IMG/VR virus record: IMGVR_UViG_2627854098_000001
DNA length: 44,371 nucleotides
From: a virus
Lineage: Duplodnaviria; Heunggongvirae; Uroviricota; Caudoviricetes
Strand: one strand, 5' to 3'
Shown: piece after piece, positions 37,744 to 44,371 of the stretch
Position numbering within the stretch: the first letter of the stretch is position 1
Layout: every line of letters begins with the position of its first letter
The notes under the pieces: generated by a model
Databases searched by the model: none
The model's input: the letters and a program-made list of their open reading frames with translations, nothing else
Told to the model about the DNA's origin: nothing
Program-made: the position numbers and the translations under genes

Positions 37744-38317
37744 CATCCGGCGCTGTGCTGGTATTTGTTGCCGTCACCGCGTCAATGTAATCCAGCACAG
37801 CGTTAAGCCGGGTTGTTTCTGCCTGCATCAGCTTCCGTCCGGCCTGTAATTTCAGCTGAATCAGACCGATGGAAGCCATTGCAGCATCAATCAGTGACTG
37901 ACGCTGTGCTTCTGCCGCGTCTACTGCGGCGCTATGCTGTGCCTCAGTATCGGTCACCCATTTCTCACCATCCCATTTATCGTATGGCGTTAATGGGGCA
38001 ATAGTGGTTGTATTTTCGGGGTAATCACCCGGTGCTGTGATTTGTTTTGATTCTCCCGTTTCGGTGTTATAGACGATTTCACCGCGATGGTCTGGCACAT
38101 ATTCCCATGAATTTAAATTCACAGAACGACAGATAGCATAACCCGCCTTATGTATACCTGGTGCATCCAGACAGGAATATGCCGGGATACCAACACCAAC
38201 GGCAAGATATTCACTTGAAGTGGAAATATATTCCCGAGTTTCACCATCATAGTTATAAACGGTAATATCCCCTGCCTTTGTAGCAACAAGTCCACTATTT
38301 AATATTGCTTTATCCAT
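37715..38317 (-). CDS. alternative tail fibre assembly protein (Tfa'), opposite orientation
   Basis: Convergent with Tfa; C-terminal DVIWPELPE motif; follows the alternative fibre cassette on the minus strand. Confidence 0.75.
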   Translation of the reverse strand: MDKAILNSGLVATKAGDITVYNYDGETREYISTSSEYLAVGVGIPAYSCLDAPGIHKAGYAICRSVNLNSWEYVPDHRGEIVYNTETGESKQITAPGDYPENTTTIAPLTPYDKWDGEKWVTDTEAQHSAAVDAAEAQRQSLIDAAMASIGLIQLKLQAGRKLMQAETTRLNAVLDYIDAVTATNTSTAPDVIWPELPEA

Positions 38318-38770
38318 TATGCTGCTCTCACGATATAGTTAAATGCAATGTTGCGTGGACGGGTATCGACGGGGTTAACGGCCACTGTACCCGACACGGA
38401 CTGGTCATTACCGTTGCTAACGGTAATGTTACTACTGGTTGATCCAATCCCTACTGAATCGGTAAATTTAGCACCTGAGCCGCTCAAAGTTCCCGAGATG
38501 ATAGCTAGCTCCACATAAAAAGTACCTACAGTTGGCTCTTGTGTTGACAGCACCGCACGCCTTGAATCAACGCCGCGCCCATCATCCCAGCCACGAATAA
38601 ACTCACCACGTAAATCAGGCAATTTATTTGTCGGATAAGCCTTTGCCAGTTCCGGGTATTCTTCAGCAGAAAAAGCCGCACCGTTGCATTTCAGCCAGCC
38701 TGTTGGCGGTGTGGCTGAAGGCCATGGAACAGGCACACCAACAGGTAATGCAGAGCCTTCTCCCAAACCA
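38317..38770 (-). other. silent alternative tail-fibre C-terminal cassette (start-less by design; would be expressed after inversion)
   Basis: Phage fibre receptor-binding C-terminus (GWLKCNGAAF...LPDLRGEFIRGWDDGRGVD...NIAFNYIVRA); begins at the right crossover site in frame with the constant part. Confidence 0.7.
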
Positions 38771-38783
38771 ACGTTTATGAAAA
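38758..38783. promoter_or_regulatory. right crossover site for DNA invertase (inverted relative to left site)
   Basis: Minus-strand read TTTTCATAAACG-TT-GGTTTGGGAGAA; shares at least 15 bp with the left site in inverted orientation. Confidence 0.65.
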
Positions 38784-38785
38784 TG
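38777..38785. repeat. target-site duplication ATGAAAATG (left copy) of IS66 copy B
   Basis: Identical 9-mer at 41485-41493 abutting the other IS end (8 bp expected for IS66; 9th base may be coincidence). Confidence 0.75.
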
Positions 38786-38838
38786 GTAACCGGCTCATTT
38801 AAACCGTCTGGTCTGTTTCCTCCGGCTCTACAAAAATA

Positions 38839-39516
38839 ATGTCCATCATTTTTAATGGACACTATCGTATGAAACACCGGACCTGGATCACTGAAGCTTT
38901 ACGTCTTCACTTTGAAGAACATTTACCCCGGGTTGTGGCCGGGCGTCGCCTGGGTGTACCAAAATCAACAGTTTGTAGTATGTTCGTGCGCTTTCGGAGA
39001 GCTGGCCTTTCGTGGCCTTTGCCCGCAGGCATGTCGGAGCAGGAACTTGATGCCTGCCTTTACGGACAATTTTCCACGGTACCAGTCGTACGTCCTGAAA
39101 GCACCGTTATATCCGAAGCCCCCGTGGTAAAAAAACGTCCCCGGCGGCCCAACTTCCCTTATGAGTTTAAAATCGCCTTAGTGGAGCAGTCACTGCAGCC
39201 CGGAGCCTGTGTGGCGCAGATCGCCCGGGAAAACGGAATCAACGATAACCTGCTCTTCAACTGGCGCCATCAATACCGGAAAGGTGGCCTGCTGCCTTCC
39301 GGAAAAAATATGCCGGCACTGCTTCCCGTGACGTTAACGCCGGAGCCGGATAATAAAATCCCGGCCCCCGCACAGGAACCAGAGCAGATAAATACACCGT
39401 CCGACAGTCTGTGTTGTGAGCTGGTTCTGCCGGCCGGAACTCTCAGGCTTAAAGGTAAACTGACGCCGGCGTTATTACAGACACTTATCCGCGAAATAAA
39501 AGGGAGCAGCCACTGA
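38839..39516 (+). CDS. tnpA: IS66 TnpA (orf1)
   Basis: Identical to copy A. Confidence 0.75.
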   Translation: MSIIFNGHYRMKHRTWITEALRLHFEEHLPRVVAGRRLGVPKSTVCSMFVRFRRAGLSWPLPAGMSEQELDACLYGQFSTVPVVRPESTVISEAPVVKKRPRRPNFPYEFKIALVEQSLQPGACVAQIARENGINDNLLFNWRHQYRKGGLLPSGKNMPALLPVTLTPEPDNKIPAPAQEPEQINTPSDSLCCELVLPAGTLRLKGKLTPALLQTLIREIKGSSH

Positions 39517-39863
39517 TGATATCTCTCCCTGCAGGTTCGCGTATCTGGCTGGTTGCAGGTATCACCGATATGCGAAATGGCTTTAACGGCCTGGCATCAA
39601 AAGTTCAGAACGTCCTGAAGGATGACCCGTTCTCCGGACACCTGTTCATCTTCCGCGGACGCCGGGGTGACCAGATAAAAGTGTTGTGGGCTGACAGTGA
39701 CGGACTGTGCCTCTTCACCAAACGCCTGGAGCGGGGCCGCTTCGTCTGGCCAGTCACCCGTGACGGCAAGGTGCACCTTACTCCGGCTCAGTTATCCATG
39801 CTTCTTGAAGGTATCAACTGGAAGCACCCGAAACGAACGGAACGCGCTGGAATCCGCATATAA
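39516..39863 (+). CDS. tnpB: IS66 TnpB
   Basis: ATGA overlap with tnpA; conserved IS66 orf2. Confidence 0.85.
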   Translation: MISLPAGSRIWLVAGITDMRNGFNGLASKVQNVLKDDPFSGHLFIFRGRRGDQIKVLWADSDGLCLFTKRLERGRFVWPVTRDGKVHLTPAQLSMLLEGINWKHPKRTERAGIRI

Positions 39864-39882
39864 CCCGTTGTAAAGTGAGGAT

Positions 39883-41454
39883 ATGGACACCTCACTTGCT
39901 CATGAGAACGCCCGCCTGCGGGCACTGTTGCAGACGCAACAGGACACCATCCGCCAGATGGCTGAATACAACCGCCTGCTCTCACAGCGGGTGGCGGCTT
40001 ATGCTTCCGAAATCAACCGGCTGAAGGCGCTGGTTGCGAAACTGCAACGTATGCAGTTCGGTAAAAGCTCAGAAAAACTTCGTGCAAAAACCGAACGGCA
40101 GATACAGGAAGCACAGGAGCGAATCAGCGCACTTCAGGAAGAAATGGCGGAAACGCTGGGTGAGCAATATGACCCGGTACTGCCATCCGCCCTGCGCCAG
40201 TCTTCAGCCCGTAAACCGTTACCGGCCTCACTTCCCCGTGAAACCCGGGTTATCCGGCCGGAAGAGGAATGCTGTCCTGCCTGTGGTGGTGAACTCAGTT
40301 CTCTGGGATGTGATGTGTCAGAGCAACTGGAGCTTATCAGCAGCGCCTTTAAGGTTATCGAAACACAACGTCCGAAACAGGCCTGTTGCCGGTGCGACCA
40401 TATCGTGCAGGCACCAGTACCTTCAAAACCCATTGCACGCAGTTATGCCGGAGCGGGGCTTCTGGCCCATGTTGTCACCGGGAAATATGCAGACCATCTG
40501 CCGTTATACCGCCAGTCAGAAATATACCGTCGTCAGGGAGTGGAGCTGAGCCGTGCCACACTGGGGCGCTGGACAGGTGCTGTTGCTGAACTGCTGGAGC
40601 CGCTGTATGACGTCCTGCGCCAGTATGTGCTGATGCCCGGTAAAGTCCATGCTGATGATATCCCCGTCCCGGTCCAGGAGCCGGGCAGCGGTAAAACCCG
40701 GACAGCCCGGCTGTGGGTCTACGTCCGTGATGACCGTAACGCCGGTTCACAGATGCCCCCGGCGGTCTGGTTCGCGTACAGTCCGGACCGGAAAGGTATC
40801 CATCCACAAAATCACCTGGCCGGTTACAGCGGTGTGCTTCAGGCCGATGCTTACGGTGGTTACCGGGCGTTATACGAATCCGGCAGAATAACGGAAGCCG
40901 CGTGTATGGCTCATGCCCGGAGAAAAATCCACGATGTGCATGCAAGAGCGCCCACCTACATCACCACGGAAGCCCTGCAGCGTATCGGTGAACTGTATGC
41001 CATCGAGGCAGAGGTCCGGGGCTGTTCAGCAGAACAGCGTCTGGCGGCAAGAAAAGCCAGAGCCGCGCCACTGATGCAGTCACTGTATGACTGGATACAG
41101 CAACAGATGAAAACACTGTCGCGTCACTCAGATACGGCAAAAGCGTTCGCATACCTGCTGAAACAGTGGGATGCACTGAACGTGTACTGCAGTAATGGCT
41201 GGGTGGAAATCGACAACAACATCGCAGAGAACGCCTTACGGGGAGTGGCCGTAGGCCGGAAAAACTGGATGTTCGCGGGTTCCGACAGCGGTGGTGAACA
41301 TGCGGCGGTGTTGTACTCGCTGATCGGCACATGCCGTCTGAACAATGTGGAGCCAGAAAAGTGGCTGCGTTACGTCATTGAACATATCCAGGACTGGCCG
41401 GCAAACCGGGTACGCGATCTGTTGCCCTGGAAAGTTGATCTGAGCTCTCAGTAA
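39883..41454 (+). CDS. tnpC: IS66 transposase TnpC (intact, 523 aa)
   Basis: Full-length ORF with N-terminal coiled-coil/leucine zipper, CxxC zinc-finger and DDE-type region. Confidence 0.9.
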   Translation: MDTSLAHENARLRALLQTQQDTIRQMAEYNRLLSQRVAAYASEINRLKALVAKLQRMQFGKSSEKLRAKTERQIQEAQERISALQEEMAETLGEQYDPVLPSALRQSSARKPLPASLPRETRVIRPEEECCPACGGELSSLGCDVSEQLELISSAFKVIETQRPKQACCRCDHIVQAPVPSKPIARSYAGAGLLAHVVTGKYADHLPLYRQSEIYRRQGVELSRATLGRWTGAVAELLEPLYDVLRQYVLMPGKVHADDIPVPVQEPGSGKTRTARLWVYVRDDRNAGSQMPPAVWFAYSPDRKGIHPQNHLAGYSGVLQADAYGGYRALYESGRITEAACMAHARRKIHDVHARAPTYITTEALQRIGELYAIEAEVRGCSAEQRLAARKARAAPLMQSLYDWIQQQMKTLSRHSDTAKAFAYLLKQWDALNVYCSNGWVEIDNNIAENALRGVAVGRKNWMFAGSDSGGEHAAVLYSLIGTCRLNNVEPEKWLRYVIEHIQDWPANRVRDLLPWKVDLSSQ

Positions 41455-41484
41455 ATATCAATACGGTTCTGACGAGTCGCTTAC

Positions 41485-41493
41485 ATGAAAATG
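41485..41493. repeat. target-site duplication ATGAAAATG (right copy) of IS66 copy B
   Basis: Matches 38777-38785. Confidence 0.75.
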
Positions 41494-41545
41494 CAGAAAT
41501 AACGAGCAAATGGCATCATTCCTGCTTTTGTCAGGGAGATCTACC

Positions 41546-41674
41546 ATGCTTATTGGCTATGTACGTGTGTCAACAAATGACCAGAACACAGATCTACAAC
41601 GTAATGCGCTGAACTGTGCAGGATGCGAGCTGATTTTTGAAGACAAGATAAGCGGTACAAAGTCCGAGACCTAG
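41546..41674 (+). pseudogene. pin: serine DNA invertase (Pin/Gin/Hin family), N-terminal 42-codon remnant
   Basis: MLIGYVRVSTNDQNTDLQRNAL.CAGCE.IFEDK.SGT matches the invertase N-terminus including catalytic Ser; similarity stops and a stop codon follows at 41672-41674. Confidence 0.8.
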
Positions 41675-41769
41675 GGCTGACACTGCTGTTCTTGATGCAA
41701 ATTAAAGTATTTAATAGTGAGTAGCGGCCTTACTAATGTAAGGCCACTATAATCATTTTATTAATTGCA

Positions 41770-41966
41770 TTAATCGTGTTTTGGCCATACTTTCAATGCA
41801 ATTTCCCCCAACTTTTTACCCCGCTCCAGGATTTCATCCTCATCCCATTTATCCTTAACTATAAGTGGAATGTTCAGTCGTAGATTGGTGTGGACGATGA
41901 GAGCATCACGTTTTTTCAGAAATACAGCATTCTGAACAGAACGGTTTACGCTAAGGTTAAGCAAAG
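41770..41966 (-). pseudogene. 3' fragment of an unidentified gene truncated by the third IS66-family element
   Basis: Called ORF 41770-42048 starts inside the IS; only the C-terminal 65 codons lie outside; no family recognised. Confidence 0.35.
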
Positions 41967-42037
41967 GTAAGCGTACAGCCTGAACCGTCTGGTCAGAATC
42001 TGACGAATTAGACAAAGTGGTGTCCACCAAATAAGTA

Positions 42038-42439
42038 GTGGGAACCAAAGTGTCAGATATGCAGAAAAATGTGACTCCCGGCAGGCGAAAAGGCTGCCCT
42101 AATTATCCTCCCGAATTTAAACAGCAGCTCGTTGCTGCCTCCTGTGAACCCGGGATATCCATCTCAAAACTTGCTCTTGAAAATGGCATTAACGCCAATC
42201 TGTTGTTCAAATGGCGACAACAATGGCGCGAGGGAAAGCTGCTATTACCTTCTTCAGAGAGCCCCCAGCTACTTCCTGTGACTCTCGATGCAGCTGCCGA
42301 ACAGCCAGAATCGCTCGCAGAGGACCCGGAAACCCTCAGTATCAGCTGTGAGGTAACGTTCCGGCACGGGACGCTCCGCTTCAATGGCAATGTCAGCGAA
42401 AAGCTCCTGACTCTGCTGATACAGGAACTGAAGCGATGA
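42038..42439 (+). CDS. tnpA: IS66-family TnpA (133 aa)
   Basis: Homologous to copy A/B TnpA (PNYPPEFKQQLVAAS...NLLFKWRQQWREG). Confidence 0.8.
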   Translation: MGTKVSDMQKNVTPGRRKGCPNYPPEFKQQLVAASCEPGISISKLALENGINANLLFKWRQQWREGKLLLPSSESPQLLPVTLDAAAEQPESLAEDPETLSISCEVTFRHGTLRFNGNVSEKLLTLLIQELKR

Positions 42440-42783
42440 TCCCGTTACCTTCCGGGACCAAAATTTGGCTGGTTGCCGGTATCACTGATATGAGAAATGG
42501 CTTCAACGGCCTGGCTGCGAAAGTACAGACGGCGCTGAAAGACGATCCCATGTCCGGCCATGTTTTCATTTTCCGGGGCCGCAGCGGCAGTCAGGTTAAA
42601 CTGCTGTGGTCCACCGGTGACGGACTGTGCCTCCTGACCAAACGGCTGGAGCGTGGGCGCTTCGCCTGGCCGTCAGCCCGTGATGGCAAAGTGTTCCTTA
42701 CACAGGCGCAGCTGGCGATGCTGCTGGAAGGTATCGACTGGCGACAGCCTAAGCGGCTGCTGACCTCCCTGACCATGCTGTAA
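42436..42783 (+). CDS. tnpB: IS66-family TnpB (115 aa)
   Basis: Same length and conserved blocks as copy A/B TnpB; ATGA overlap. Confidence 0.85.
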   Translation: MIPLPSGTKIWLVAGITDMRNGFNGLAAKVQTALKDDPMSGHVFIFRGRSGSQVKLLWSTGDGLCLLTKRLERGRFAWPSARDGKVFLTQAQLAMLLEGIDWRQPKRLLTSLTML

Positions 42784-42832
42784 ATCTCTTTATCCTGGTT
42801 GTCACAGAATAAGCCCGGTAAAATACGGGCTT

Positions 42833-44371
42833 ATGAACGACATCTCTTCTGACGACATCTTCCTGCTGAAACAGCGCCTGGCCGAACAGGAAGCGCTGAT
42901 CCACGCCCTGCAGGAAAAGCTGAGCAACCGGGAGCGCGAAATAGACCATCTGCAGGCGCAGCTGGATAAACTCCGCCGGATGAACTTCGGCAGTCGTTCC
43001 GAAAAAGTCTCCCGCCGTATCGCACAAATGGAAGCCGATCTGAACCGGCTTCAGAAAGAGAGCGATACGCTGACTGGTAGGGTGTATGACCCGGCAGTAC
43101 AGCGTCCGTTGCGTCAGACCCGCACCCGTAAGCCGTTCCCTGAATCACTACCCCGTGACGAAAAGCGACTGTTGCCTGCGGCGCCGTGCTGCCCGAACTG
43201 CGGCGGTTCACTGAGCTATCTGGGCGAGGATACCGCCGAACAGCTGGAGTTGATGCGTAGCGCCTTCCGGGTTATCCGGACGGTACGGGAAAAACATGCC
43301 TGTACTCAGTGCGATGCCATCGTGCAGGCACCTGCACCTTCGCGGCCCATCGAGCGGGGTATCGCCGGACCGGGGCTGCTGGCCCGCGTGCTGACCTCGA
43401 AGTATGCAGAGCACACCCCGCTGTATCGCCAGTCAGAAATATACGGCCGGCAAGGTGTGGAGCTGAGCCGTTCACTGCTGTCGGGCTGGGTGGATGCATG
43501 CTGCCGGCTGCTGTCTCCGCTGGAAGAGGCGCTTCATGGCTATGTGCTGACTGACGGTAAGCTCCATGCTGATGACACGCCTGTCCCGGTGCTGTTGCCA
43601 GGCAATAAGAAAACGAAGACCGGGCGGTTATGGACCTACGTTCGTGACGACCGTAACGCCGGGTCAACGCTGGCGCCGGCGGTGTGGTTCGCTTACAGCC
43701 CGGACAGAAAAGGCATCCATCCGCAGACCCATCTTGCGGGGTTCAGTGGTGTACTGCAGGCGGATGCATACGCCGGGTTCAACGAGCTGTACCGGGATGG
43801 CCGGATAACGGAAGCCGCCTGTTGGGCTCACGCCCGCCGTAAAATCCACGATGTGCACGTTCGCACCCCGTCAGCCCTGACGGAGGAAGCGCTGAAACGG
43901 ATCGGCGAACTGTACGCCATCGAGGCAGAGATAAGGGGAATGACGGCGGAGCAGCGCCTTGCCGAACGTCAGTTGAAAACGAAACCGCTGCTGAAATCCC
44001 TGGAAAGCTGGCTGCGTGAAAAGATGAAAACCCTGTCGCGACACTCAGAACTGGCGAAAGCGTTCGCATACGCCCTGAACCAGTGGCCGGCGCTGACGTA
44101 CTATGCAGATGATGGCTGGGCTGAGGCGGACAATAACATCGCTGAAAATGCGTTGCGGATGGTCAGTCTGGGCCGCAAAAACTACCTGTTCTTCGGTTCG
44201 GATCATGGAGGAGAGCGGGGAGCGCTGCTGTACAGCCTGATCGGGACGTGCAAACTGAACGGAGTGGAGCCAGAAAGCTACCTCCGCTATGTCCTTGACG
44301 TCATAGCCGACTGGCCGATAAACCGGGTCGGCGAACTGCTCCCCTGGCGCGTAGCACTGCCGACTGAATAA
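42833..44371 (+). CDS. tnpC: IS66-family transposase TnpC (512 aa)
   Basis: Homologous throughout to copy B TnpC; stop codon is the last triplet of the window. Confidence 0.85.
   Translation: MNDISSDDIFLLKQRLAEQEALIHALQEKLSNREREIDHLQAQLDKLRRMNFGSRSEKVSRRIAQMEADLNRLQKESDTLTGRVYDPAVQRPLRQTRTRKPFPESLPRDEKRLLPAAPCCPNCGGSLSYLGEDTAEQLELMRSAFRVIRTVREKHACTQCDAIVQAPAPSRPIERGIAGPGLLARVLTSKYAEHTPLYRQSEIYGRQGVELSRSLLSGWVDACCRLLSPLEEALHGYVLTDGKLHADDTPVPVLLPGNKKTKTGRLWTYVRDDRNAGSTLAPAVWFAYSPDRKGIHPQTHLAGFSGVLQADAYAGFNELYRDGRITEAACWAHARRKIHDVHVRTPSALTEEALKRIGELYAIEAEIRGMTAEQRLAERQLKTKPLLKSLESWLREKMKTLSRHSELAKAFAYALNQWPALTYYADDGWAEADNNIAENALRMVSLGRKNYLFFGSDHGGERGALLYSLIGTCKLNGVEPESYLRYVLDVIADWPINRVGELLPWRVALPTE

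Larger units (their letters stand above)
38786..41484 (+). mobile_element. IS66-family insertion sequence, copy B (2699 bp, apparently intact)
   Basis: Same ends as copy A; intact tnpA, tnpB, tnpC; flanked by direct repeat; inserted 2 bp outside the right crossover site. Confidence 0.9.
41967..44371 (+). mobile_element. second, divergent IS66-family element (left end plus tnpA-tnpB-tnpC; right end beyond window)
   Basis: Left end GTAAGCGTACAGCCTGAACCGTCTGGTC shares the AACCGTCTGGTC motif with copies A/B; proteins clearly homologous but divergent. Confidence 0.8.

Noticed and set aside
1273-41484. Copies A and B considered as ends of a composite transposon carrying the prophage
   Set aside because: The copies are inverted and each has its own matching target duplication, indicating two independent simple insertions.
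41494-41516. An ATG with upstream AGGA just right of IS66 copy B that could be read as the start of the alternative fibre gene
   Set aside because: It lies outside the invertible segment; in this switch architecture the alternative C-terminal cassette gets its N-terminus from the constant part after inversion, so the ATG is probably coincidental.

Overview
The window is almost entirely a defective lambdoid prophage with a mosaic build: lambda-like regulation and lysis, an HK97-type head, and a Mu-type contractile tail with an invertible tail-fibre switch (SfV/e14-like). All calls are from reading the sequence and recalling protein families; no database search was run. Layout, left to right: an AT-rich two-gene cassette (1-955); an integrase inactivated by a 7-bp duplication and an IS66-family insertion; excisionase; two AT-rich membrane-protein genes; a YfdR/YfdQ/YfdP-like early-left operon; a 468-bp GC-rich hairpin-dense non-coding island; a secreted-protein moron; CI, operators and Cro; a replication initiator with internal iterons; Dam methylase, RusA, KilA-N, DUF968 and Q; a late promoter and terminator followed by a very acidic moron; holin, lambda R-type endolysin and Rz/Rz1; HNH, terminase, portal, protease and capsid; sheath, tube, a chaperone with a -1 slippery site, tape measure and baseplate; then the fibre switch. 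A second, inverted IS66 copy sits 2 bp outside the right crossover site, the invertase is a 42-codon stub, and a third, divergent IS66-family element runs off the window end. Three further genes are broken at homopolymer runs, which could be real decay or assembly error. The most interesting candidates are the GC-rich structured island (7917-8384), the acidic moron in the toxin slot after Q (16566-16901), the AT-rich cargo next to int/xis (1-955 and 5035-5927), and the disabled inversion switch.
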